Source: Nitrososphaeria archaeon
Lineage (GTDB): Archaea > Thermoproteota > Nitrososphaeria > Conexivisphaerales > UBA164
Assembly (NCBI GenBank): GCA_049976505.1
Contig: JBMFIC010000004.1
Coordinates: 27,512-91,511, forward strand
DNA: 64,000 bases
Direction of reading: 5' to 3'
Positions 9,209 through 18,891 of the stretch are shown here, in pieces (position 1 is the first letter of the stretch; each line of letters begins with the position of its first letter). A program made the position numbers and the translations under genes. The notes under the pieces are model-generated. The model had not been told where the DNA came from. It saw only the letters and a program-made list of their open reading frames with translations, and made no database searches.

Positions 9209-10321
9209 ATGGAGATGACGGCTCAGAAGTATTTTGATGAAAGCATACAGGCATCAAAGGAGGCATACAACTCGCTGATAAAGCTGCTGAAAGAAAGGGG
9301 AATTGACACCCTTGTCCTTTTCAGGGAGGAAAATATCAGGTACGTAAGCGGCCTGCAGCTCATAATTTCCATAAGGGCAACAAGCGATTCGTATGCTGCC
9401 ATAGTTGATGATAGCGGGGTAAAAGTGCTAACGGGCGAGGATGAGTACAGGAGGCTCAGGGATTACGGATCGTGGGCAGAAGTTGAAAGGTACGGTTCTG
9501 AGGGACTTCTAGGAAAGATAAAGCAGGTCCTTGGAAACAAAAAGGAGATTGGGTTCGAGGATGCAACCATTCTTAACTATCTGTACCAGGCGTTAAGCCT
9601 GAGCTACAACATGAAGCCTGCCTCAGATATAATTCTGCAGGCCAGAGGAAAAAAGAACCGCTATGAGAAGGATCTCATTATAAGGGCGGCTGAAATCCTG
9701 ACTCATGCTGTTTCTGAAGTTCCGAGGCTTTATAGGAAAGGTATGACGGAGGGCGGCCTTCTGGGAGAGCTCGAAAAGCTAATGCGTGAAGAGGGAGCGG
9801 AGGGCTTTGGAACATGGGGACTCCTTACATCCTCTGACGGACTAAAATACGTTCACTACTTTCCAAAGAACAGAGAGGTGAAGGGCATGCTGAACGTGAA
9901 CATCTCAGTCAACTTCTACGGATATTATGCTGATATAGCGAGGGTGTTCACAACTGAGAAGCTGGACAGAGAAAAAAAGGAAAAATATGATGCATTCATT
10001 GAAATAAACAGAAAGCTCATAGACGTGCTGAGGCCCGGTAAGAACATACCATCAATTGCGAACGACGTAGCAGAAGAGTACAGAACCAGGCTCAACGCTC
10101 AGCTAACGCACGCGCTCGGCAGGGGAGTTGGGCTGGAGCTAGTGGAGCCGCCGTTCATAGTACCTGGCTACAGCCAAGCCATCCAGGCAGATCAGGCCAT
10201 CTCAACCAACCCCTGGGTCAGCCTTGGAGACTATAGCTATAAGCTTGTGGACACGGTTCTGGTTGAAGAGGACGGGCCTCACCTGTACACCATCGCGAGC
10301 TACGATCTTATAGAGCTGTAA
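9209..10321 (+). CDS. M24 (creatinase/aminopeptidase P) fold protein lacking most metal ligands
   Basis: Creatinase-type N-terminus (ENIRYVSG) and a pita-bread domain (GYYADIAR, GVGLELVEPP), with the canonical D/H/E/E ligands replaced. Confidence 0.75.
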   Translation: MEMTAQKYFDESIQASKEAYNSLIKLLKERGIDTLVLFREENIRYVSGLQLIISIRATSDSYAAIVDDSGVKVLTGEDEYRRLRDYGSWAEVERYGSEGLLGKIKQVLGNKKEIGFEDATILNYLYQALSLSYNMKPASDIILQARGKKNRYEKDLIIRAAEILTHAVSEVPRLYRKGMTEGGLLGELEKLMREEGAEGFGTWGLLTSSDGLKYVHYFPKNREVKGMLNVNISVNFYGYYADIARVFTTEKLDREKKEKYDAFIEINRKLIDVLRPGKNIPSIANDVAEEYRTRLNAQLTHALGRGVGLELVEPPFIVPGYSQAIQADQAISTNPWVSLGDYSYKLVDTVLVEEDGPHLYTIASYDLIEL

Positions 10322-10375
10322 ACAATTAATTATTGAAGAAGATAATTTTAAATATTTAATTTTGTTTTTGAAGCT

Positions 10376-11071
10376 CTACAAAATCGCGATGGCCCTTACT
10401 GGCGCCCCATCTGAGTCCTTTATTTTGAGGGGCAGAATTATGAAATATGCCCTTTTCTCCTTCCCGCCTTCAAGCACCTGATCCAGGTTGGCAACTTCCT
10501 CGAGAATCAATATGCTTTTACCCAGAAGTATTTTGTGAACCTCCTTGGCCGAACTTGCTATTGGCCCCGCAACTGCAGTTCTGCCACCCCATGCACCTAT
10601 GCTCAGGCCATCTATACCTACGAGCTTTATGCCTATATCAGCTAGATAATTTGCGCCCGAGACCCCAAGGTAGGGCCACCTATAAAGGTATCTAACGTTG
10701 AATCCTCTGTAGTTGCTCCAGCCCGTGTAAAGCATTACGATGTCGTCACGCCTGATTGAAAAAACGCTAAGGTCGTCTCTTTCTATCGCTTCCCCATCTT
10801 TCTTATGACTTAGATTAATCACGATCCCGTTTCCCATTAGTTTATCAAGCTCTATGTTGTCAAGGGTCCTGCCGTTCTCTAGCATGTGTGCCGGCGCATC
10901 GAGATGAGTGCCATGATGGGTGTTGATTATCAGCTGCTTCACGTTGTACCCATCTATGTTTATCTGCTTGAGCTGAGAAACTGAGAGGATCGGATGTGTT
11001 GGCCAGCCTGGCATGTCATGATACATTACATGAGTGAGATCCACTACTTTGTTTCCCTTTATTTCTATCAT
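10376..11071 (-). CDS. Cyclase family metal hydrolase (kynurenine formamidase-like)
   Basis: HHGTHLDAPAH motif, VGIDGLS and LPLKIKDSDGAPVRAIA. Confidence 0.9.
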   Translation of the reverse strand: MIEIKGNKVVDLTHVMYHDMPGWPTHPILSVSQLKQINIDGYNVKQLIINTHHGTHLDAPAHMLENGRTLDNIELDKLMGNGIVINLSHKKDGEAIERDDLSVFSIRRDDIVMLYTGWSNYRGFNVRYLYRWPYLGVSGANYLADIGIKLVGIDGLSIGAWGGRTAVAGPIASSAKEVHKILLGKSILILEEVANLDQVLEGGKEKRAYFIILPLKIKDSDGAPVRAIAIL

Positions 11072-12078
11072 TTTATCCTCCCCAGAATCCTGTACAGCTT
11101 CTCCTCCTCCTTTTCCATAGGATGTTCAAGGGCCAGCTCGTAGAGCTTGTTGAAGTGTATGTAGCCTACCTGCTTTTCCAGCGTCCACTCCTTAGCAAAG
11201 GATCCGTTAAGGATGTCCAGCGCCTCCTTCCTTATGAGCTCCTTTATGCGCTCGTCCGCAAACTGTGGTCCCCTTGTAAGCTGTCCGTACTGGCTAGTCC
11301 TGGAGTGGTTTCTGAGCTGCTTGAAGAGGCCTTGCTCCTTCATTGATCTTGCTATTTCCTCAAGCTCTCCTGATGCGTAGAGCTCGAGAATGACAGCCTC
11401 TGGCGAGGCTCCTAGCTCTGTTGCCACTTCGTAGTAGGCCCTGAACATGAATAATACAGCGCCTGCCCATGTGTGCTCAGTTAGCAGGTCCACCAGCGTT
11501 TCCTCCCTGAAGCTTGACCGGATAGCAACCCCGTTCGGCTTGAAGACGCCTATCGCATCAGTTAGGGCAAGCAGCTGGTCCTCAGCATCGTGCGCGTAGT
11601 CCATGCCTACAGCTATAAGAACTGGGAACCCCTAGCCCTTCAGATAAAGGTCTCTTATGCCAAAACCTATCATTCTTGGCGCTATCATCAGCACGTTTGC
11701 CTTTTCAGGCACCTTTACGAGCCCGTAGAAGTAATTATAGCCTGACGCAAAGACCACTGTGCCGCCCTCCTTGAAATTCCTGTTGATTTCGTTTTCAAAA
11801 ACTTCAGGCTGTATTTCGTCCGGTATCAGAATGAAAAGAATATCAGCCTTTGCGGCGGCCTCACCGATTGAGTACACCTTGAAGCCGTCTTTCTCTGCCT
11901 GCTCCGCGTACTGATCCCTTACGTTGCCCACAATGACGTTCAGTCCACTATCACGCATGTTAAGCGCCTGGGAACGTCCCTGATTTCCGTATCCTATGAC
12001 CGCAATGGTTTTGTCCTTGATGGATCTCCAGACCTTATTCCTCTGCTCTTCCGTTAAACTTGTGATCAGCCTCTCCAT
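11068..12078 (-). pseudogene. ilvC: Ketol-acid reductoisomerase-like gene interrupted by an in-frame TAG at 11632-11634
   Basis: IGYGNQGRSQALNMRDSG, LIPDE and FASGY in the N-terminal half. LYLKG-TAG-GFPVLIAVGMDY reads in frame into the C-terminal half (ETLVDLLTEH, SRTSQYG). Confidence 0.8.
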
Positions 12079-12117
12079 TGCAAATAAACTGTGTCCTATC
12101 CTGAATTAAAGAAAATT

Positions 12118-12133
12118 GGTTAACATGTTAACC
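12118..12133. promoter_or_regulatory. Palindromic operator GGTTAACATGTTAACC, copy 2
   Basis: 40 bp upstream of the ilvC-like ATG; matches copy 1 over about 22 bp in inverted orientation. Confidence 0.7.
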
Positions 12134-12151
12134 CAAAAATCCTAGGATAGG

Positions 12152-12356
12152 TTACGATCTTCCCATCATGCTCCTTCCTATCTCTATCCTGTCGTAGGGC
12201 GGAACGAACGTGCCGTTTATCCTCCCCTTGTAGATCACGTGTATAACATCGCTCAGCTCGAAGAGCTCATCGAGGTGATCGAAGATGAGCAGTACGCCTT
12301 CTCTTGAGCTCCTGAACTCCATCAGCGTTCTTCTCACGAAATCGGTTGAGGCTACA
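12152..12356 (-). pseudogene. C-terminal remnant of a sugar/nucleoside ABC transporter ATPase
   Basis: VASTDFVRRTLMEF...GVLLIFDHLDELFELSDVIHVIYKGRI...IGRSMMG matches the tail of simple-sugar ABC ATPases. The 5' part is missing exactly at the IS end. Confidence 0.75.
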
Positions 12357-12390
12357 TGACCTCCTCCCCGCCATGAAGGGCGAGGCTTTC
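12357..12390 (-). mobile_element. Solo IS200/IS605-type terminal hairpin
   Basis: The minus strand reads GAAAGCCTCGCCCTTCATGGCGGGGAGGAGGTCA, which resembles archaeal IS200/IS605 ends. Related copies at 30922 and 43368. Confidence 0.65.
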
Positions 12391-12540
12391 ACTAACTGTA
12401 AGCGATTTTTACAGAAAACACAACATAACAGCTATCTGAGGACAGGCTTCATGGTTTCGACCTGCTGATATTCAATTTTATTGCTGAGCTGTTACAAAAC
12501 AATTAGTTGCCCCTCTTGCCTATTGCTTTCGAAGGCTCAG

Positions 12541-12891
12541 ATGATAGCTCACAAGAAGGTCTATGAAGAGAAGGAGGAAGGAGATGGCCTCTGGATACTG
12601 GTTGAGAGGCTCTGGCCGCGCGGCGTGAGGAGGGAGAAGATAGACTTGTGGATGAGGGAAGTTGCCCCAAGCGAGGAGCTGAGGAGGTGGTACTCACACA
12701 GGGCAGAGAGATGGGAGGAGTTCAGGAAAAGGTATGAGGAAGAACTCTCCAGCAACCCTAAGATCATAGAGCTGCTGAACATCGTGAAGAGCAGGAAGGC
12801 CACCATCGTCTACGCCACGAGGGACTACGAGCACAGCAGAGTGAGAGTTCTGGTTGAATATCTTGAAAGGCTCATGAGCGGGGAGCATTAA
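12541..12891 (+). CDS. DUF488 (YeaO-like) protein
   Basis: KKVYE...DGLWILVERLWPRGV...VAPSEELRRWYSH...WEEFRKRYEEEL. Start set at ATG 12541. Confidence 0.85.
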   Translation: MIAHKKVYEEKEEGDGLWILVERLWPRGVRREKIDLWMREVAPSEELRRWYSHRAERWEEFRKRYEEELSSNPKIIELLNIVKSRKATIVYATRDYEHSRVRVLVEYLERLMSGEH

Positions 12892-12896
12892 AGCAG

Positions 12897-13364
12897 CTAG
12901 GAGAGCTTAGATGAAATGCACCTAATTACGCTGTCAATTATCTGATCAGCCGTCTCCCTGATAAGCGCCTCACCGAAGAACCTGAGAAGGAGCCCGGCGT
13001 CCACTGTGGCCCTCCAGGGGATCACGGAGGCATTACCACTATCCGCAACTTTGAACTCTATCCTTATCTTAAGGGAGCTCCCAACCACTCTTCCGGAGCC
13101 CTCGAGGATTACCTCCTGAGGCTCCTTCTTCAGGAATTTGAACTTCATCTTTACGGTTACCTGCGATAGGTACTCCACGTGCACCTTTCGGGCAGCCTCG
13201 GAGACGTCCACCTTGAATGTGGCCTCGAACTCGCTTTCGCTTATGATCCTGAGCTCGGTCAGAGTAGGGAGACAGCCGGATATCCACTGAACGTCTGTGA
13301 GCCTTAAAAAGGCCTCTTGGGATCCTGCCCTTACGGAGATCGTTCCGCTAAAGTCCAAGCTCAT
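12897..13364 (-). CDS. CoxG/SRPBCC family protein
   Basis: FSGTISV...AFLRLTDVQWISGCLP is a CoxG-type start; overlaps the glpA-like stop by 4 bp. Confidence 0.75.
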   Translation of the reverse strand: MSLDFSGTISVRAGSQEAFLRLTDVQWISGCLPTLTELRIISESEFEATFKVDVSEAARKVHVEYLSQVTVKMKFKFLKKEPQEVILEGSGRVVGSSLKIRIEFKVADSGNASVIPWRATVDAGLLLRFFGEALIRETADQIIDSVIRCISSKLS

Positions 13365-14665
13365 CTCACCTCTGCAAGAGCGTACAATATAAGCATTTGC
13401 AGGGCGGGCCTGAACCTCTCCTCGTCCACGCTGCCGATCGTTTCTAGCAGCCTCCTGACGAACCAGTAGTCAAGGCCTGATGCCCTTGAAATCCTCTCCG
13501 CGTCCTCCTGTACACGGGCTCCAAGAAGGATTGTCTCCGCTGTTCTGGACCTCCCCCTGGACCCGAGCTTCTCAGCCACCATGTCTGAGACCCTCTCGGC
13601 CATGAGCCTGGCTGTGGTGAATTTCCCGCCTGAGACTGTGATAATCCCGTGTATGCCCTCCTTCTCATGGTCGAAGACCTCGAAGGTCCTTGTTGCCTCC
13701 CTTCCAGCCCTCTCGCCCTCGCCCCTCAACCTCAGGAGCGGCCTGATTGAGGCGTAGTACCTGCTGAAACCGAGCTCCCTCAGCTTGGGAACCATGGCGG
13801 AACCCTCGTCGAGCAGGAGCTGGAGGTCATCCTCAGAGGCAACGAAGCTGTCCGGGTCCTCCACAATGCTGACCGTTGTCCCTGTTATGGAGACGTTCTG
13901 CGAATAGGGGATTATTATGTCGCCGTCGCTGGGCGGCCTCATCCTGTTCAGTATATGGTTAACCAGCTGGAACTGGGTGACGCCCATGACCCCCGCGGTG
14001 GGCATTATCTCAACGTCTGCCCCGGCCATCTGGGCTATCCTTCCAGCCCAAGGGCCTGCAGCGTTCACTATCACGTCCGCGTATATCTCCTCAGTCCTGT
14101 CCCTAATCCTGTTAAGCACCTTCGCCCCCACGACGCCCGATGAGCTCTTTATCAGGGACGTCACCTCCCTGTATGGCATAACGTGAGCCCCATTGGCGTG
14201 GGCCGTCAGGAGGACTGAAATTATGAGGTCGTAGGCATGCATCACCTTGTCTGGAACCCAGAGGGCCGATCTCACGCTTCTGCTGAGGTGCTTCTCCTCC
14301 TTCAGCAGGTCCTCTACCCTGAGCTCCTCAAAGGGTATTCCTGCGCTTCTGAGGCCGCCCTCAAGCCTCTCCTGATAGCTGACCTCATCCTCGTTGAGGG
14401 CTACGAAAACACCGCCCGTATCAACTATGGCGTGCGGGGCTATCCTGGACAGGATCGCGTTCTCGGATATGCACTCCTTAGCTGAAACAGGATCGTTGAC
14501 GGCGTACCTGGCGCCGCTGTGGAGCATCCCGTGGTATCTGCCCGACGTGCCGGAGGCAAAGCCGTTCCTCTCTATCAGGGCAACGCTGAGCCCCCTCAGC
14601 GCGAGATCGAGCGCGGTAAAGGACCCTGTGGCCCCTCCTCCTATCACAAGGACGTCGTATTTCAT
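13361..14665 (-). CDS. glpA: FAD-dependent glycerol-3-phosphate dehydrogenase subunit A-like, without the C-terminal Fe-S domain
   Basis: GGGATG, SGTSGRYHGMLHSGARYAVND, VNAAGPWA, RPPSDGDI, YASIRPL and GGKFTTARLMAE motifs. Confidence 0.85.
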   Translation of the reverse strand: MKYDVLVIGGGATGSFTALDLALRGLSVALIERNGFASGTSGRYHGMLHSGARYAVNDPVSAKECISENAILSRIAPHAIVDTGGVFVALNEDEVSYQERLEGGLRSAGIPFEELRVEDLLKEEKHLSRSVRSALWVPDKVMHAYDLIISVLLTAHANGAHVMPYREVTSLIKSSSGVVGAKVLNRIRDRTEEIYADVIVNAAGPWAGRIAQMAGADVEIMPTAGVMGVTQFQLVNHILNRMRPPSDGDIIIPYSQNVSITGTTVSIVEDPDSFVASEDDLQLLLDEGSAMVPKLRELGFSRYYASIRPLLRLRGEGERAGREATRTFEVFDHEKEGIHGIITVSGGKFTTARLMAERVSDMVAEKLGSRGRSRTAETILLGARVQEDAERISRASGLDYWFVRRLLETIGSVDEERFRPALQMLILYALAEVR

Positions 14666-16507
14666 GTTTTAACTCTGGCACCTAGCGTTAAATAAACGTT
14701 AAAGGGACGAATTTCAGGATATAAAATCGTTTATCGTTCCCCTTTGCCAAAGCGTTCGTGTAATGCATTTATAACGCTGATGGGCTCTTAGCTTAAGCGT
14801 GATTGCCGATTCGCTCACATTCTTCTGCGATTTACAGGAATTTTAAACCCCACTACAGCATGAACCTATGGCTCCTGCAGCTTGCATGTGACTTCTTTTT
14901 CGCTCAGTGATGAGATGCTCACGTAGAAGCCCGTACCATGAACGCACAGCGTAAGCGGCCCAGCTCATTGGCGTTGATCGACCAGAGCTGATATAGGCGG
15001 GCACCAAGCCACATAACGAAACCCTATACTATGTTTCCAATTAGCATTGCAATAATAACAGCATGCGGAACAACTGGTCTTAATATCCTCACTGTCTTAC
15101 CGTTTGCAGTCTTTTTGCGCGCTGAACGAGCTCATCATGAACATAAGCAACTATTATTTTCATGCTAATGCTAAGGTAGGCGAAAAGCTTTACCATGAGG
15201 CCCAACGACATGATCCTTGCATCGCTACAAGAACATTCGATCTTAGACTGTTTTTCCACAATTTTATATGTATGTAAGATTTCATGGCTATGTCGAATGG
15301 CGTTATTATTTAACGCCTATCCTCATTTATTGCGCAGGACATTTCTGAAACAGGAACCTTTTTGCTACTTCGTAAATGTCATAGTTTACGTTACATGCCT
15401 CGGGTTCTTTTAGGAGCTCCCTCAAAAAATTAACTGACGCATTCAGAATGCTATCTGAATTTTTGCAAACAGTGAAAGATTGTTCGCGCCGAAGAGCGCA
15501 TGTTCAAAAGGTCTCCCATAATCTGTAGCGCGGTAATTTACGAGCGCATTTCTTGCCCGCTTTTCCATAATGAGCTTAACTATGTCCTTAATTTTTGCAT
15601 TTTCCTCAGCCTGTATGAGGCCGTTTTGAATATAGCACGCCTTCAGGTCAGACAACACGCTTTTTATGCATAGAGTACAGGATGATATAAGGCGTCATAA
15701 ATGAAACGGGTCTTTTATATGGACAACAGCGTTAGTAAATCTTTTTCGCAGATCTTAAGCATAAAGTAGTGCATGTCCATTGGGAATTCAGTATTAAGAA
15801 ACCTTATTTTTATCGGTATGTTCTTTAACCCGATAGCGTAGAGTTTTCACCACACATATTTGAATTAGGGATGAAATACCTTAAACCGATTACACCGTCG
15901 GTATATGGCTGACGATGGGGGTAGGCCCCAGACTTCGCATCGCTGGTGCGCCTTAATTCAACGACAAACCGGAACTTCGAAATAACCCAGGAGATACAGC
16001 TGATGATCTAAGGAATTTAAGGGGAGTTGGTGCTACGATAACGATATAGGTAAATGAAGGGCATCAAACATCATGAATGCAGGCAGAGGAGGATTGCTGA
16101 CGTTCATGCAGTACACAGTGGTGCCTCCTGAGCCGCTGTAAATGGGAGAAAACGTAAACGGAACCGTGTTCATAAGCACCACAGCATTCTGGCAAGAAAT
16201 TATCTTGCCGAAGCAGAGAAAATTATGCAAAAATAAATAAAATATTAAGGCTTAGGCTTACATGGATTTCTATAGCAATGCTGTAGCTGTATCAACAAAC
16301 GGATCAATTCCTAGAAAAAGAGGTACAGCGGTTCTGCTGTTGTAGACTGGTAGAGCGGGCTAGTCAAAGAGCTTAAACTGGAGAACGTTTTTCATGTTAA
16401 AGATGCGCGATGGTAACATTATCGTCTTGGTATTGCTGTTGCCAAATATAACCTTAATTAAAATATGAAATAAAAAATTTATTAGCATGTTAAATTTATT
16501 AAATTTG

Positions 16508-16831
16508 ATGATTGACATAGAGCCCTATTTGATGAGGATAAAAGAGAGGGCTTTACAGGAGCCGCTGAAGAAGGAGTTTGAGAGCTTCAACAGGAGGGTC
16601 CTCTTCACCTTTACGGACACCGGTGAATCGTACGTTGTTGCGTTCAACAGGGGGGACGTGACGGTGACCAAAGGCCAAGATGCTAGTGCCGAAGTCCAGA
16701 TCACCACTACCACCGACGTTTTAGCTGGAATAATGGACAAGAAGACAAACCCGGTTACGATGTACATCACTAGAAAGATAAAGGTAAAGGGAGAGATGCA
16801 GGACCTGCTCAAGCTTCAGAAACTTCTGTGA
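16508..16831 (+). CDS. SCP2 sterol-carrier domain protein
   Basis: TNPVTMYITRKIKVKGEMQDLLKL is the SCP2 C-terminal signature. Confidence 0.85.
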   Translation: MIDIEPYLMRIKERALQEPLKKEFESFNRRVLFTFTDTGESYVVAFNRGDVTVTKGQDASAEVQITTTTDVLAGIMDKKTNPVTMYITRKIKVKGEMQDLLKLQKLL

Positions 16832-16833
16832 TG

Positions 16834-17940
16834 CTAATATAAAGTGTAGATCTTCGGCTCGAGCTTAGATATTTTTTCCTTTCCTGAGCCCTTGACCAAG
16901 TACGTCTCCTCATCGCCTATCATTATGCCATCATCCGTAGGGGCATACAGCTCTATGTTTATCACCATATTCTCCTCGAACTTCAGGTCTGAAGTAGGGG
17001 AAATGTGCGCCTCCTCCGTTACTAGGCCTATGCTGTGACCGGCTGATGCAAAAAGGGGCTCAAGCCCGTTCTCGACATAGTAGCTTGCAGCTCTCTCATA
17101 TATTTCCGAGAAGGAAGCTCCTGGCCTGATGTCGTCGGCCAGCCTGTTGATGATCCCCAGCAACTTCTCGTAGAGCGAGCTGTACTTCTCGGGAACCTCC
17201 TTTCCCGAGTAAAAATATTTCCTTAGATCTGATACGTACCCCCTGTACACGCTTCCTATGTCAAGGGTCACGAGCTGCTCGGGCTGAAGGCGCTCGTCGA
17301 GCAATATTTCAGGGTTCGAAGCCCCAAAAGCGACAGTAATGTGATCAATAGAGTCGCCTCCGTTAGATAGTATCCTGAGCTTTGCCTCCCTTATCAGCTC
17401 CTCCCTGCTCATACCTATTCTCGCGTAGCTGATGAGCTCGGAGATCACTTTCTCGGAGATCTCAGCGCTCCTCCTCAGAAGTTCGATCTCCATTTCGTTC
17501 TTTACGAGCCTCAGTCTGAGCATCAGCTTGTCCCCATCCTCTATTTGCAATCCCTGAGCCTGCATGATGCCAAGCACATAGCTGGGAACTCCATAGTCAA
17601 CGGCTACCTTTCCACTGATCCTTCTAAAGAAGGAGGTTATCTCGTCCTTCGCACCTGCCAGATCGGCATATGTTACGAGCTCTGATGAAAAATCAACGCC
17701 TAGGGTGACCCCGAACCAAGTGAACAGAGTCACCTTTCCATTATCGTCAACAAAGGCCAGATATGGAAGCTGATTCCTGAGCGCGTAAAGGATTGGGTTC
17801 TCAAAGCAGGGCAGAACTGGGAGTCCCGTCGTGTAATAGACGTTCTCTGGGGACCCAACGAGGATCCCGCTCAGGCCGGACCCTGAGATTAGCTCGGCGG
17901 CCCTTCTTGCATCAAACCCGATGGGCTCCACCCTTCTCAT
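16834..17940 (-). CDS. M24 family peptidase (Xaa-Pro peptidase-like)
   Basis: Metal ligands retained: TLDIG...GYVSD, GHSIG, NIE and DEET. Confidence 0.85.
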   Translation of the reverse strand: MRRVEPIGFDARRAAELISGSGLSGILVGSPENVYYTTGLPVLPCFENPILYALRNQLPYLAFVDDNGKVTLFTWFGVTLGVDFSSELVTYADLAGAKDEITSFFRRISGKVAVDYGVPSYVLGIMQAQGLQIEDGDKLMLRLRLVKNEMEIELLRRSAEISEKVISELISYARIGMSREELIREAKLRILSNGGDSIDHITVAFGASNPEILLDERLQPEQLVTLDIGSVYRGYVSDLRKYFYSGKEVPEKYSSLYEKLLGIINRLADDIRPGASFSEIYERAASYYVENGLEPLFASAGHSIGLVTEEAHISPTSDLKFEENMVINIELYAPTDDGIMIGDEETYLVKGSGKEKISKLEPKIYTLY

Positions 17941-17986
17941 AAGATCTGTTTTGAATTCGATCTATTTAATTTATCGTCGCTGAAGG

Positions 17987-18757
17987 CTAGATGACCTTCA
18001 GCAGTGTGACGATCCCCATAAGGAGGAAAACTACCGAAAGGAAGGCATTAATTGTCCTCTGCGACAGCCTGTGAGCGTATGATGCAAAGAGAAATCCGCT
18101 TATCAGAGAAGCGAGGCCTATGATGGTGGAGTCAACAATGTCTATCCTGCCAAACAGCGCATAGGAGACGGCTCCGCTCGTTGCGGAGAGCATCATGGAA
18201 AGCGTTGCCGTGCCTATCATCAGCCTTACGTCGGCACTGAACAAGAGCGTTGAGAGCATGAGGAACATCATTCCGCCGCTTGCTCCTAACGTTCCAGTTA
18301 TAAGCCCTATCCCCAGGCTGACTGTTACGGCTATGATATATGCGTACCTTTCCCTTATCCTGAGTCTGTTTATCCTTACTACGACGTTCTTTAAGGCCCT
18401 TATCAGGAACTCAGTCGCCATTATAAAAGAAAAGGCGAAGAAACCATATATCAGAAGCCTCTGGGGAAGAGAGACGGAGATTCTAGCGCCGGCCCACGCC
18501 CCTATTACCGCTCCGGTCCCCATGGTTATCGCGATCCTCCAGTTAACGTTCCCGTGCCTGAAGTACTGGGAGACCACGGCGCTGCTGGTTATTAGGTCAA
18601 CCAAAAGACTTGAGCCAACGGAGGAAGGAAAGTCGAGACCTGTGTAAAGAAGAAATGGAACCACCACTATTACTCCGCTTCCCCCAGTTATTCCCGTAAG
18701 CGCTCCGACGGCTAGGCCCACGAGGATCATGACAACATAAAAAAGAATGTTCATCAC
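17987..18757 (-). CDS. TauE/SafE sulfite exporter family protein
   Basis: Duplicated GALTGITGGSGV and GLITGTLGASGG motifs, about 8 TM segments. Confidence 0.85.
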   Translation of the reverse strand: MMNILFYVVMILVGLAVGALTGITGGSGVIVVVPFLLYTGLDFPSSVGSSLLVDLITSSAVVSQYFRHGNVNWRIAITMGTGAVIGAWAGARISVSLPQRLLIYGFFAFSFIMATEFLIRALKNVVVRINRLRIRERYAYIIAVTVSLGIGLITGTLGASGGMMFLMLSTLLFSADVRLMIGTATLSMMLSATSGAVSYALFGRIDIVDSTIIGLASLISGFLFASYAHRLSQRTINAFLSVVFLLMGIVTLLKVI

Positions 18758-18891
18758 AGCAATTAGGTCATTCCTCCTATTTAGTGTTGTAGCCCATTTT
18801 ATTGCGAGCTAGTGCTTTTATCTCGATGCGTGTTCCTCAGCGCCGGCCGCGTTAAAAGTTTAAAAGAGAGAACAACTAAGTTAAGCTTTGA

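Noticed and set aside
11632-11634. Genome-wide amber recoding
   Set aside because: TAG clearly terminates several intact genes in this window.
14900-16100. TGATGA and CTGA boxes suggesting C/D-box sRNAs
   Set aside because: Box spacing does not fit the ~50-60 nt C-D'-C'-D layout.
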